From Candidatus Nitrospinota bacterium M3_3B_026 (lineage in GTDB: Bacteria > Nitrospinota_A > UBA7883 > JBPRGF01), in contig JBPRGF010000033.1 in NCBI GenBank assembly GCA_051418015.1, positions 1 through 64,000 of the forward strand: 64,000 nucleotides of DNA, given 5' to 3'. A program made the position numbers and the translations under genes. Below, piece after piece: positions 22,695 to 32,760 of the stretch. Numbering within the stretch: the first letter of the stretch is position 1; each line of letters begins with the position of its first letter. Below the pieces are notes generated by a model. The model was not told where the DNA came from. It searched no databases and worked only from the letters and a program-made list of their open reading frames with translations.

Positions 22695-23564
22695 ATGGCT
22701 TCCCGAATCCTTCTTTGCGCTGACCTGGACAGGACGATATTGCCGAACGGGCCACAGGAGGAGTCCCCCATCGCAAGGCCGCTGCTCAAAGCCCTCGCCG
22801 AAAGGCCGGAGTTGACGCTGGCCTACGTCAGCGGGAGAAACGAAAAACTCCAGAAAGAGGCGATAGAAGCCTATGGCCTCCCTGTCCCGGATTTCGCCAT
22901 TGGCGACGTCGGGACGACGATATACGAAACCGGCGGACAAAGATGGAAGCCGTGGGCGGAATGGACAGCGGAGATAGCGGAGGATTGGCGGGGTTTCGAT
23001 GGCGAAGACCTCGCCGGACTCTTCAAGGATTTTCAAGCTTTACGTCTCCAAGAGCCTGAAAAACAAGGGTTGTTCAAGCTGAGCTACTACGCCCCGGCGG
23101 ACATCGGCCGCGCCGAGTTGATAAGCGAGATGCGGCGCAGGCTTGGAGGGCGGGGCGTCCGCGCGAGCCTGATATGGAGCGTCGACGAAGCCGCCGGGGT
23201 CGGCCTTCTGGACATCCTCCCGGAAGGCGCGACGAAGCTCCACGCCATCAGGTTTTTGATGGAAAAGAAGGGATTTTCCGAGGCCGGGACCGTCTTCGCC
23301 GGGGACAGCGGCAACGACCTGCCGGCGCTCGCCAGCGGCCTGAACGCCGTCCTTGTGCGAAACGCCGCCGAAGACGTCCGCGACGAGGCCGCCGCCCTGG
23401 CCGAGTCCAGGGGTGTCCGCGACAAGCTGTACCTCGCCCGGGGCGGGTTCCTGGGGATGAATGGATATTACACCGCTGGCGTCCTGGAAGGGCTGGCCCA
23501 TTTCCTCCCCGAAGCCCGCGAGTGGATGGAGGAGGAGAAAGAGCGCCTTTCCCCGGCCCGCTGA
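22695..23564 (+). CDS. HAD-IIB hydrolase (sucrose-phosphate phosphatase-like)
   Basis: Motifs ADLDRT, YVSGR, FKLSYY, LDILP..ATK, AGDSGND. Confidence 0.85.
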   Translation: MASRILLCADLDRTILPNGPQEESPIARPLLKALAERPELTLAYVSGRNEKLQKEAIEAYGLPVPDFAIGDVGTTIYETGGQRWKPWAEWTAEIAEDWRGFDGEDLAGLFKDFQALRLQEPEKQGLFKLSYYAPADIGRAELISEMRRRLGGRGVRASLIWSVDEAAGVGLLDILPEGATKLHAIRFLMEKKGFSEAGTVFAGDSGNDLPALASGLNAVLVRNAAEDVRDEAAALAESRGVRDKLYLARGGFLGMNGYYTAGVLEGLAHFLPEAREWMEEEKERLSPAR

Positions 23565-23628
23565 CGCCGCCTGTTCCGAGGCCCTTTCCAGCGAGCGGAA
23601 GGGCCCACGCCGTTTTCACCGTTTCTTT

Positions 23629-23644
23629 TGGCATAACCCTTGCT
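23629..23644 (+). promoter_or_regulatory. Sigma54-type promoter of the flgB operon
   Basis: TGGCATAACCCTTGCT = GG-N10-GC, 70 bp upstream of flgB. Confidence 0.75.
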
Positions 23645-23713
23645 CAAATAATGCTGTAGTCCGGCAGGCGCCGGAATTTTGACATACGCCTCGGGCGAAC
23701 TGGAAGACCGGCT

Positions 23714-24127
23714 ATGGGTGACATATACAAGATAAGGCACATAGGCTACCTGCAAAAGGCGCTGGACATGACCGTGGCGCGTCAGAACGCTGTCGCCGCC
23801 AACATAGCCAACGCCTCCACGCCCGGCTACAAGGCGTTGCGGGTAAAGTTCGAGGACAAGCTGAAAGCCGCGATTGGCGATGGGGCGCCAATGGCCGAGA
23901 CGAACCCGAAGCACTTGCCAAACGGCATGGCCGGGGTCTATGGCGTCGAGCCATCCGTGGCGAAAAAGCTCGGCGGCGCAAGGCTCGACGGCGCCACTGT
24001 CAACCTCGAGGAGGAGTTTTCGAAAAGCACCGTCAACGGGATGGAGTACCAGCTTTACATAGCGGCGCTGGAGAAGCATATGAAGAACCTGCTGTCCTCG
24101 TTCGAGGACAGTGTGGGAGGGAGGTAA
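23714..24127 (+). CDS. flgB: Flagellar basal-body rod protein FlgB
   Basis: RQNAVAANIANASTPGYK and RLDGATVNLEEE; first gene of the flagellar operon. Confidence 0.92.
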   Translation: MGDIYKIRHIGYLQKALDMTVARQNAVAANIANASTPGYKALRVKFEDKLKAAIGDGAPMAETNPKHLPNGMAGVYGVEPSVAKKLGGARLDGATVNLEEEFSKSTVNGMEYQLYIAALEKHMKNLLSSFEDSVGGR

Positions 24128-24130
24128 GGA

Positions 24131-24562
24131 ATGGATATCTTCACGGCGATGAAGGTGAGCGCGAGCGGGCTGGCCCTGCAGCGCGCCAGGATGAACGTCA
24201 TATCGAGCAACATGGCCAACGTCAACACCACCAGGACGCCCGAGGGAGGGCCGTACCGCAAAAAGTCCGTGATCGTGGAGGCTTCGCCCCTGAAGAACGG
24301 CTCCTTCGACAAGACCCTCGGCGACGCCCTCCGGGAGGCCAGGGTGGTGGAGATCAGGGAAGACCAGTCGGCGCCCAGGATGGTCTACGACCCATCCCAC
24401 CCCGACGCAGACGAGAACGGCTACGTCGCCATGCCGAACGTGAACATACTGGAGGAGATGCTGGACATGATAAACGCCTCCCGCGCCTACGAGGCCAACG
24501 CCACCGCGGCCAACGCCGCCAAGTCGATGGCCCAGAGGGCGCTGGATATGGGACGGCGCTAG
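24131..24562 (+). CDS. flgC: Flagellar basal-body rod protein FlgC
   Basis: SNMANVNTTRTPEGGPY, YDPSHPDADENGYVAMPNVN, SRAYEAN. Confidence 0.96.
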   Translation: MDIFTAMKVSASGLALQRARMNVISSNMANVNTTRTPEGGPYRKKSVIVEASPLKNGSFDKTLGDALREARVVEIREDQSAPRMVYDPSHPDADENGYVAMPNVNILEEMLDMINASRAYEANATAANAAKSMAQRALDMGRR

Positions 24563-24610
24563 GCCGCCTTTCCGGGGGAGCGCGCGCTGAGCTTGTGATG
24601 GGAGAAGATA

Positions 24611-26194
24611 ATGCTTGAGTTTCTGAAGAAGGTCTGGTCACAGGTCCAGGAGGCGGCGGGGAGTCTGCCTCCTTCCAAGAGGGTAGCCATAGGAGCGGTC
24701 GGCCTCATCGTCATGATGGGGATACTCGGCGTGGCCTATCTTTCCGGCAAGCCGGATTACCATCCGCTTTTCACCAAGCTCACCCCCGGCGACACCTCCG
24801 CCATAACCCAGCTCCTCACCGAGGAGGGGGTGGAGTACAAGCTGTCGCAGGACGGGGCGGCGGTGCTCGTCCCCGCGGACAAGGTGCACCAGATGCGGCT
24901 CAAGCTCGCCACCGCGGGGCTGCCCACCGGCGGCGTGGTCGGGTTCGAGATATTCGACGAAGGGACCTTCGGCATGACGGAATTCGTGCAGAAGCTGAAC
25001 TTCCGCCGCGCCCTGGAAGGGGAGCTGGCCCGCACCATAAGCCAGTTCCGCGAGATACAGTCCTGCCGGGTGCACATAGCCAAGCCGGAGCGCAAGCTCT
25101 TCACGAGAGGCGAACAGGAGGGCGCCACCGCGTCGGTGGTTCTCAAGGTGGCGTATGGAAACCGCCTGGGCAAGGAGAAGGTGAGGGGTATAGCCCACCT
25201 GGTGGCCGCAGGCGTCGACGGGCTGGAGCCGGACAAGGTCACGATCGTGGACGTTAACGGGAACGTCCTGTTCGGCGGCGAACCCCACGACGAGGTGGCC
25301 CTGCTCTCCGCCACGCAGCTTGAATACAGAGGCTCCGTGGAGCGCGAGATGGAGCAGCGGATCACCAGCATGCTGGAGAGCATGGTGGGGACGGGCAAGG
25401 TTGTCACCCGCGTCAACGCGGAAATAGACTTCAGGCGGGTGGAGCGCACGGAGAAGAAATTCGACCCCGAGAGCCAGGTTATCCGGTCCGAGCAGCGCTC
25501 GGAGTCGAAATCCACCGGGGCGGAGTCGCCCTATGGGGCGGCCGGCGTGGCAAGCAACCTCCCCGGCGGCCAGGCGGCCGCGGCCACGGCGGGAAAACCC
25601 GCCACCAGCTCCGAGACCCAGGAGACCATAAACTACGAGATAAACGAGGTGGTCTCGCACATGGTGGAGCCGGTGGGGACGGTCAAAAAGATGTCCATAG
25701 CCGTCATGGTGGACGGTGAATACGAGACGGAGGACGGCGAAAGGGTATATACCCCCCGGAGCGAGGAGGATATCCAGCGGCTCACGAACATAGTGAGGAC
25801 CGCCGCCGGGTTCGACGCGGACAGGGGCGATGTCGTCACCGTGATGTCCGCGCCCTTCGAGACGGCCCCGTACATGGCCGGGGCCGAGGAGGTGGAGGCC
25901 GCGGCGCGGTGGGAGCTTTACGCGATGATCGCCAGGTACATAGGGATGGTGGTCCTGGCCGCGGCGCTGTTCCTGTTCGTGATAAGGCCGCTGATAAACT
26001 GGATCACCGCCTCCAGCGCGGAGGTCGAGGCTCTGCGCCGGTTCCCGGCGACGATAGAGCAGATGGAGGCCAGCATGGGCGTGGCCAGGGGCGAGGAGGA
26101 GGTGGACTATCGGTCCAGGATCAACCAGCTGATTCAGGAGAACCCGAAAGGGGTCGCTGAAATGATCCGTGAATGGCTCCGCTCCAGGAGGTAA
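24611..26194 (+). CDS. fliF: Flagellar MS-ring protein FliF
   Basis: Two TM segments; GFEIFD...FGMTEFVQKLNFRRALEGELARTI; ASVVL. Confidence 0.95.
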   Translation: MLEFLKKVWSQVQEAAGSLPPSKRVAIGAVGLIVMMGILGVAYLSGKPDYHPLFTKLTPGDTSAITQLLTEEGVEYKLSQDGAAVLVPADKVHQMRLKLATAGLPTGGVVGFEIFDEGTFGMTEFVQKLNFRRALEGELARTISQFREIQSCRVHIAKPERKLFTRGEQEGATASVVLKVAYGNRLGKEKVRGIAHLVAAGVDGLEPDKVTIVDVNGNVLFGGEPHDEVALLSATQLEYRGSVEREMEQRITSMLESMVGTGKVVTRVNAEIDFRRVERTEKKFDPESQVIRSEQRSESKSTGAESPYGAAGVASNLPGGQAAAATAGKPATSSETQETINYEINEVVSHMVEPVGTVKKMSIAVMVDGEYETEDGERVYTPRSEEDIQRLTNIVRTAAGFDADRGDVVTVMSAPFETAPYMAGAEEVEAAARWELYAMIARYIGMVVLAAALFLFVIRPLINWITASSAEVEALRRFPATIEQMEASMGVARGEEEVDYRSRINQLIQENPKGVAEMIREWLRSRR

Positions 26195-26248
26195 AATATA
26201 ATGAAAGGACGCGGTTTCAAGACAAACGGGAAGGTGAAGGCGTAGACA

Positions 26249-27274
26249 ATGGCGGCTGGAGGCAAAAAATCGCTCTCGGGCCCTGAGAAGGCCGCGCTGA
26301 TGCTTATCGCGGTGGGCGACGAACTGGCCGGGAAGGTGCTGGCGGAGCTCGAAGAGGCGGAGATACACAAGATATCCACCTACATGAACACGATGGGCAC
26401 CATCTCCAACGAGGTGGTGAACAACGTCATCGAGGAGTTCGTGGAGATGGCCGAGTCCGGCGAGGCGGGCTATGTGACCGGCGGGCGCGACTACCTGCGC
26501 AAGCTGCTGGAGCGCTCCCTGGACCCTAACAAGGTCAATGAGATTCTTGACAAGATAGCCTCCCCCGCCGAGGAGGAGGAGCTCGGCGGCGGCCTGGAGG
26601 CCATCCGCCACCTCGACGCCAAGACCATAGCCAGCTTCCTCAGAAACGAGCATCCCCAGACCTGCGCCATAATTCTCGCGCATCTCGACCCGCCCCACGC
26701 CTCCGTCGTCCTCAAGGAGTTGCCGGAGAGGTTCCAGCCGGAGGTGGCGCTGCGTCTGGCCACGCTGGAGAGGATACCCCCCGGCGTGATAAAGGAGCTC
26801 GACCAGGCCCTTGCCCACGAATTCCGCACCACGGGCGCGATGGAGGGGAGCCAGATCGGCGGCGTCGAGTCCGTCGCGGAGATAATCAACAACCTGGACC
26901 GCGCGACGGAGACCAACGTCCTCTCCGAGATAGAGTCCATAAACCCGGAGTTGGCGGAGAACATAAGACAGCTGATGTTCGTCTTCGAGGACCTCGTCAA
27001 GATCGACGACAGGGGGATGCAGACCATCCTCAAGGAGATCAACTCCAACGACCTGCTCATGGCCCTCAAGACCTGCAGCGAGCCTCTCAAGGAAAAGATA
27101 TTCGCCAACATGTCCGAGCGCGCCGCCCTCATGATGAAAGAGGACCTGGAGGCCATGGGCCCGGTCCGCCTGTCGGACGTGGAGCAGGCCCAGCAGACAA
27201 TCCTCCGCACCGTGAAGCGGCTTGAGGAGGAGGGCAAGGTCGTGCTCGCCGGAGGAGGTGAGGAGCTTGTCTAA
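26249..27274 (+). CDS. fliG: Flagellar motor switch protein FliG
   Basis: EHPQT, MFVFEDL, NMSERA, GPVRLSDVEQAQ. Confidence 0.97.
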   Translation: MAAGGKKSLSGPEKAALMLIAVGDELAGKVLAELEEAEIHKISTYMNTMGTISNEVVNNVIEEFVEMAESGEAGYVTGGRDYLRKLLERSLDPNKVNEILDKIASPAEEEELGGGLEAIRHLDAKTIASFLRNEHPQTCAIILAHLDPPHASVVLKELPERFQPEVALRLATLERIPPGVIKELDQALAHEFRTTGAMEGSQIGGVESVAEIINNLDRATETNVLSEIESINPELAENIRQLMFVFEDLVKIDDRGMQTILKEINSNDLLMALKTCSEPLKEKIFANMSERAALMMKEDLEAMGPVRLSDVEQAQQTILRTVKRLEEEGKVVLAGGGEELV

Positions 27275-28103
27275 GATCATTCGCAAACAGGACGGGGCCG
27301 GCGGTGTCCGCGAATACACGCTCAGGGACATGACCGCCGAGGCGCCCGCCCCGCGGCGGGACAGGAAGACCGAGTTCAAGCCCGACGTCCCGGAGGGGGA
27401 GAGGCGCGCGGAGTTCATCCCGGGCGGGTTCGACTTCGACTACAAGGGCGGCCTGCGGCGTGACGAGATACTCAAAAAGTCGATGGACGAGGCGGAGGAG
27501 ATACTGAGCAGGGCGAGAAAAGAGGCGGAGAGCGTCATCGAAACGGCCCGGAAAAACGGGTACGAGGACGGCTTCAAGGAGGGATACGACAAGGGCGTCA
27601 AGGAGGCCGCCCCGCTGATCGAGACCTTCTCGATGCTCGTCCGCGAGCTTACAGCGGTCCGGGAGGATTTTTACAGGATAGCCGAGGAGGAGATGATCCA
27701 CCTTGTCGTGAACGTCGCCAGGGAGATCATAGGCGAGGGGCTGGAGCGCGACCCCTCCCTCGTCCGGAACGTCATCAGGAACGCCGTGGAACAGCTGAAG
27801 TCCCGCGAGGAGCTGAACATAAAGGTGAACCCCCGCGACCTGGAGGAGGCCGAAGGGTATCGGCCGGAGCTGGCCAGGGAGGTGGAGGACATAGACAGGG
27901 TGACCTTCCGTGGCGACCCCCTGATAACACGCGGCGGGGCCATGGTGGAATCCAACATAGGCTCCATAGACGCCCGGCTCCAGACGCAGCTCGACGCCGT
28001 GCGGGAGTCTTTCACAAGAGCCCTGGAGGAGAGCAGGGCGAAAGCCGCCGGCGGCGGCGGGACGGAGAAAAAAGACGGGAGCGGCGCCGATGAGCAGGGT
28101 TGA
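27267..28103 (+). CDS. fliH: Flagellar assembly protein FliH
   Basis: GxxxG repeats (GYEDGFKEGYDKG), VNPRD, GGAMVES..GSIDA; lies between fliG and fliI. Start TTG 27267. Confidence 0.88.
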   Translation: MSKIIRKQDGAGGVREYTLRDMTAEAPAPRRDRKTEFKPDVPEGERRAEFIPGGFDFDYKGGLRRDEILKKSMDEAEEILSRARKEAESVIETARKNGYEDGFKEGYDKGVKEAAPLIETFSMLVRELTAVREDFYRIAEEEMIHLVVNVAREIIGEGLERDPSLVRNVIRNAVEQLKSREELNIKVNPRDLEEAEGYRPELAREVEDIDRVTFRGDPLITRGGAMVESNIGSIDARLQTQLDAVRESFTRALEESRAKAAGGGGTEKKDGSGADEQG

Positions 28104-29430
28104 TATCGACTTCTCCAAGTACGAGACGGCGCTCCGGGGAAGCGGAACAATAAAGATATCCGGCAAGGTCGCCCGCGTGGTGGGCCTGGTCGTGGAGGGT
28201 ATCGGGCCGGACCTTTCCATCGGCGGCGTCTGCGACATTCACCCCAAGAACTCTCACGGTCCCATAGGCGCGGAGGTGGTCGGATTCTCCGGCGCCAGGA
28301 TACTTATGATGCCGCTGGGGGACCTGCGCGGGGTCTCGCCGGGATGCCACATCTCCGCCCGGTCGGAGGCGGCATCCATCAGGGTGGACGACACCATCCT
28401 GGGGCGCGTGGTCGACGGGCTGGGAAGGCCCGCCGACGGCAAGGGGCCGCTCCTTTGCAAAACCCACAGGCCGATATACTCGAACCCTCCCGACCCACTC
28501 ACCCGCAGGCGGATCACGGAGCCGCTGGACCTGGGAGTGCGCGGCGTGAACGGGCTGTTGACGGTGGGCCGGGGGCAAAGGCTGGGGATCCTGGCCGGAA
28601 CGGGAGTGGGCAAGTCCGTCCTGCTGGGGATGATGGCGCGGTACACCGACGCCGACGTCAACGTCATCGCCCTGATAGGCGAGCGCGGCCGTGAGGCCCG
28701 CGAGTTCATCGAGGACAACCTCGGCGAGGAGGGGATGAAAAAATCGGCGGTGGTCGTCGCCACTTCCGACAACTCCCCCCTCATAAGGATGCGCGGCGCC
28801 TTCACGGCCACCGCGATCGCGGAGTATTTCAGGGAGCAGGGCAAGAACGTGCTTTTGCTCATGGACTCGCTCACCAGGTTCTCCATGGCGCAAAGGGAGA
28901 TCGGCCTTTCCGTGGGTGAGCCGCCGGCCACGAAAGGATATACCCCCTCCGTCTTCGCCACCATGCCCAAGCTGCTGGAGCGGGCCGGGGCCACGGACGG
29001 GCCGGGCTCTATCACGGGGCTTTACACAGTCCTCATCGAGGGCGACGACATAACCGAGCCGATCTCCGACGCCTCCAGGGCCATCCTGGACGGACATATC
29101 CTGCTTTCCCGGAGGCTGGCGGACCTTGGACACTACCCGGCGGTGGATCTTCTCGGCTCCATCAGCCGCGTGATGGTGGAAGTGGCCGATCCGGAGCACC
29201 AGGAGCTCGCGCGAAAGTTCAAGGCGCTCTACGCCACCTACCGGGAGGCCGAGGACCTCATAAACATAGGGGCCTATGTGCCCGGCTCCAGCAAAAGAAT
29301 AGACGACGCCATAGCGAAAATAGACGCCATGAACACCTACCTGAGGCAGAGGATAGGCGAGTCGTCGAGCCTGGCGGACTCCATCGAGGGCCTGAGAAGG
29401 ATAGTCGCCGATGTTCAGATACAGGCTTGA
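28090..29430 (+). CDS. fliI: Flagellar export ATPase FliI
   Basis: AGTGVGKS, LIGERGRE, DSLTRFSMAQRE, GEPPATKGY, DGHILLSR. Confidence 0.96.
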   Translation: MSRVDIDFSKYETALRGSGTIKISGKVARVVGLVVEGIGPDLSIGGVCDIHPKNSHGPIGAEVVGFSGARILMMPLGDLRGVSPGCHISARSEAASIRVDDTILGRVVDGLGRPADGKGPLLCKTHRPIYSNPPDPLTRRRITEPLDLGVRGVNGLLTVGRGQRLGILAGTGVGKSVLLGMMARYTDADVNVIALIGERGREAREFIEDNLGEEGMKKSAVVVATSDNSPLIRMRGAFTATAIAEYFREQGKNVLLLMDSLTRFSMAQREIGLSVGEPPATKGYTPSVFATMPKLLERAGATDGPGSITGLYTVLIEGDDITEPISDASRAILDGHILLSRRLADLGHYPAVDLLGSISRVMVEVADPEHQELARKFKALYATYREAEDLINIGAYVPGSSKRIDDAIAKIDAMNTYLRQRIGESSSLADSIEGLRRIVADVQIQA

Positions 29431-29869
29431 GCCGGTGTTGAGATACCGGAAGATGAAAGAGGAAGAGCGCCGCCGCTCCTTCTCCATGGCCAACCGCCGG
29501 TACCTGGAGGACGAGGCGGAGGTGGAGCGGCTGAAAAAGGAACGCGAATCGGCCATAAAAAAGATGGGCGGCAGGATCGGCGGGCTGACCGGCGCGGGCG
29601 AGATGATCGTCTACGACAACTACCTGAAAGGCGCCGCCGAGGATATAGGGAAAGCCGGCGGGAAGGCGCAGGGGACGCGCCAGATCATGGAGATGGAGCG
29701 CGAGAGGCTGCTGGAGAAGGTCAAAGAGCGCCGGATCATCGAGGCTCACAAGTCCGCGCTGGAGCGGCGCTATGACATCGAGCAGGCCCGCAGGGAACGG
29801 GCCATGTTCGACGAAATCGCTCTCATGAGGTTCATACGTGAAAGAGCCGTTAGCAAGACGCAAGAATAG
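29411..29869 (+). CDS. fliJ: Flagellar export protein FliJ
   Basis: FRYRLEPVL N-terminus, coiled coil, C-terminal DEIA; follows fliI. Confidence 0.85.
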   Translation: MFRYRLEPVLRYRKMKEEERRRSFSMANRRYLEDEAEVERLKKERESAIKKMGGRIGGLTGAGEMIVYDNYLKGAAEDIGKAGGKAQGTRQIMEMERERLLEKVKERRIIEAHKSALERRYDIEQARRERAMFDEIALMRFIRERAVSKTQE

Positions 29870-30479
29870 AGGATCGTTCGGAAGGAGGGCGGTCTACCTC
29901 CTCGTGGCGCTTCTTCTCGTCAAGCTGGGGGCCGCCCTCATCGCGGGAGGGAAGGACGGCAAAGGAGAGATCGCCGTGCCCGCGGCCGCCCAGGAGGCCA
30001 CGTCGCCCGACGAGATACCGGCTCGCGACGAGATGCCGGTCAGGGAGATAGAGCCCGGCGGACTCGACCTCGAGATCATAGAGGACGTGGAAAAACGCGC
30101 GAAGGAGCTGGACAGCCGCGAGGAGGAGCTCAAACGCCGCGAGGCGCGGCTGGAGGCGATGCGGGAGGACCTCGACCGGCAGATAGCCGAGCTCAGGGCC
30201 ATACAGGCGAAGATAGAGGAGAGCATATCCCTGCGGGGCGATCTGGAGAAAAAGGCGGTGAACAAGCTCGCCAAGACATACGCCTCCATGCCGCCGGAGA
30301 ACGCCGCTGTCCTCATCCAGCAGATCGACCGTTCCATCGCCGTCCGCGTGATCGAGTCCATGAAGGAGCGCGCCGCGGGCAAGATCCTGGCCGCCGCCCC
30401 GCCGGAGGTGGCCTCCAGCCTTTCCGAGGAGCTGGTAAAAAGAAAACGCGAAGCCGGGACCGCCGGAGGGGCGCGGTAA
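29838..30479 (+). CDS. MotE/FlbB/YlxF-like flagellar protein
   Basis: N-terminal TM, coiled coil, KLAKTYASMPPENAA...MKERAAGKIL (MgtE_N-like); follows fliJ. Confidence 0.75.
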   Translation: MKEPLARRKNRGSFGRRAVYLLVALLLVKLGAALIAGGKDGKGEIAVPAAAQEATSPDEIPARDEMPVREIEPGGLDLEIIEDVEKRAKELDSREEELKRREARLEAMREDLDRQIAELRAIQAKIEESISLRGDLEKKAVNKLAKTYASMPPENAAVLIQQIDRSIAVRVIESMKERAAGKILAAAPPEVASSLSEELVKRKREAGTAGGAR

Positions 30480-30523
30480 CGAGCCTGGCTCCGATCCACT
30501 GCGGCAGGACCGCGGGGAGGTTG

Positions 30524-32689
30524 TCAGGCGGCCCGCAGAAGCCGCAACCCGTTGAAGATCACCAGCAGGGAGGCGCCCATGTCGGCGGCGATGGCGGCCC
30601 AGAGGGACGCCGCCCCCATGAAGGCCAGGACGACGAACAGCGCCTTCACGGAAAGCGCGAATCCTATGTTCTGGCGGATGACCGCCATGGTGCGCCGGGA
30701 ATGCCGGACGAGCCACGGCAGCCTTGAGAGGTCGTCGGACATCAGGACGATGTCGGCGGTCTCTATCGCCGCGTCGCTGCCAGCCGCCCCCATCGCTATC
30801 CCCACGGTGGCGCGCGCCAGGGCGGGCGCGTCGTTCACGCCGTCGCCGACCATGGCGACGGAGCCGTAACGGGCCACCAGTCTTTCCACGGCGGCTATCT
30901 TGTCCTCCGGCAGAAGCTCCGCCAGCGCCTCGTCGATGGCCAGTTCCCTTGCGATGGCGCGGGCTGTCCCCTCGTTGTCTCCCGTCAGCATGATGATCCG
31001 CTCCACCCCGGCCGCGCGCATATCGCGGATCGCCTGTCCGGCCTCCGGCCTTACCGAGTCGGCGATGGCGATGAGGCCGCACACGTGTGTCTCGTCCCCC
31101 ACGACAACCACCGTGCGTCCTTCCCCGGTCATCGCCTCCAGCTTCGAATGCGTCTCGTCCGTCTCCTGCCCCCGCTCCTCCAGAAACCTGTGGGAGCCTA
31201 GCCAGTACTGTTTGCCGTTGAAGCTCCCCGTCGCCCCTTTGCCGCGGATGGCCTGGTGCTCCTTTGCGGGCTGGACGACGACGCCTTTTTTCCTGGCGTA
31301 TTCCACGATCGCCCTGGCCAGCGGATGGCTGGAATGGGCCTCTATGGCCGCGGCGCGCCCGATCAGTTCCTCTTCGCCGTGGCCGGAAAGGGGTATCACC
31401 TCGACCACCGACGCTTTCCCCTCGCTGAGTGTGCCCGTTTTGTCCAGGGCCACGGCCCTCAGGCGCGCGGGGGCCTCCATGAACGCTCCGCCCTTCACGA
31501 GGACACCCTGCCGGGCCGACGAGGTGAGCGCCGCCACGACGCTGACTGGGGTGGAGATGACGAGCGCGCAAGGGCAGGCGATGACGAGCAGAACGAGCGC
31601 CCTGTAAAACCACTCCCCCCACGCCCCGCCGAAAAAGAGGGGAGGGATAACCAGGAAAGCCACCGCCAGGCCCATGACGGATGGGGTATACACCCTGGCG
31701 AATTTCTCGACCCATCTCTCCGCCCGCGACCGCCTGGCGAAGGCGTCGTTCACCAGGCGGATGATGTGCGCGAGGGTGGTGTCATCCGCCGTCTTTTCAC
31801 ACCTGATCCGCAGGGCGCCGTCTCCGTTGATGGTCCCCGCGAAAACGGTGTCTCCCCGCTTTTTGGAGACCGGCGCGCTCTCCCCCGTTATGGGCGCCTG
31901 GTTCACGCGGCTGCCTCCGTGGACGACGGTTCCGTCCAACGGGATTTTTTCGTCCGGTTTCACAAGGATCATGGCGCCCACGGCGACCTTCTCCGGCGCG
32001 ATCCTCCGCATGGAACCGTCCTCCGCGACGACGCGGGCGGTGAGCGGGCTCAGGTCCATCAGCGTCTCGACGGCCTTTCGGGCGCGGCCCACGCTCCATG
32101 ACTCCAGCAGCAGGGATACGGCGAACAGGAAAGTGACCGTGGCCGCCTCCAGCCACTCGCCGATCCCCACGGCGCCCGCCACGGCGATAGTCATGAGCAG
32201 GTTCATGTCCGGCCGCAGGCTCAACGCCGCGCGCCAGGCCTTTGGAGCGATGAACCAGGCTCCGGTTACGATCGACGCCGAGTAAAAAAGGATGGAGGAG
32301 AGAGGGAAGACGTGACCACGGGCGCCGTCGCCTGCCGCGAGGGCGTCGAGAACGCTTCCATGCAGGACCCAGTGGGTTATGAAACCGGCGGCCAGCGCCC
32401 CGCCGCTTGAGCAGGTCATGACCAGCCTGCCGCGCCGTTTCCAGAAAGACTCGCTCCGTCCCGCGGCGCCGCCCCATGGGGCCGCCTCCAGACCGGCGCG
32501 GCGGACGGCCTCCATGACGGCTTCCCCCGTCACGTCCGGCGACGTGACCGTAACGGTCATCTTCCCGCGCAGCAGGTCGAAAGAAAGGTTCTCCTCTCCT
32601 CCCACGACAGGGCCGGCCTCGCGTTTCAGCGCGTCCACCTCCTCGGCGCAGTCCATGCCGTGTATCTTGAAATGTATCTCGCTCATCAA
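30524..32689 (-). CDS. Heavy-metal P1B-type ATPase (Zn/Cd/Pb, CadA/ZntA-like)
   Basis: HMA-like GMDCAEE, TGES, CPC, DKTGT, HP, GDGVND; TM Lys (SVKALF) and Asp (ADMG) typical of P1B-2. Confidence 0.92.
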   Translation of the reverse strand: MMSEIHFKIHGMDCAEEVDALKREAGPVVGGEENLSFDLLRGKMTVTVTSPDVTGEAVMEAVRRAGLEAAPWGGAAGRSESFWKRRGRLVMTCSSGGALAAGFITHWVLHGSVLDALAAGDGARGHVFPLSSILFYSASIVTGAWFIAPKAWRAALSLRPDMNLLMTIAVAGAVGIGEWLEAATVTFLFAVSLLLESWSVGRARKAVETLMDLSPLTARVVAEDGSMRRIAPEKVAVGAMILVKPDEKIPLDGTVVHGGSRVNQAPITGESAPVSKKRGDTVFAGTINGDGALRIRCEKTADDTTLAHIIRLVNDAFARRSRAERWVEKFARVYTPSVMGLAVAFLVIPPLFFGGAWGEWFYRALVLLVIACPCALVISTPVSVVAALTSSARQGVLVKGGAFMEAPARLRAVALDKTGTLSEGKASVVEVIPLSGHGEEELIGRAAAIEAHSSHPLARAIVEYARKKGVVVQPAKEHQAIRGKGATGSFNGKQYWLGSHRFLEERGQETDETHSKLEAMTGEGRTVVVVGDETHVCGLIAIADSVRPEAGQAIRDMRAAGVERIIMLTGDNEGTARAIARELAIDEALAELLPEDKIAAVERLVARYGSVAMVGDGVNDAPALARATVGIAMGAAGSDAAIETADIVLMSDDLSRLPWLVRHSRRTMAVIRQNIGFALSVKALFVVLAFMGAASLWAAIAADMGASLLVIFNGLRLLRAA

Positions 32690-32760
32690 ACCGTCCTTGC
32701 GGATATGCCGCCGCCTTGGCCGTCTTTTTGCGGCGGGTTTTTCAAAAAGCGGTTTTCGAT

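Noticed and set aside
24638..27418. 926-aa antisense ORF and other long antisense ORFs (e.g. 7498-9585, 17990-20188, 28012-29556)
   Set aside because: These are expected shadows of GC3-rich genes on the opposite strand; no domain motifs.
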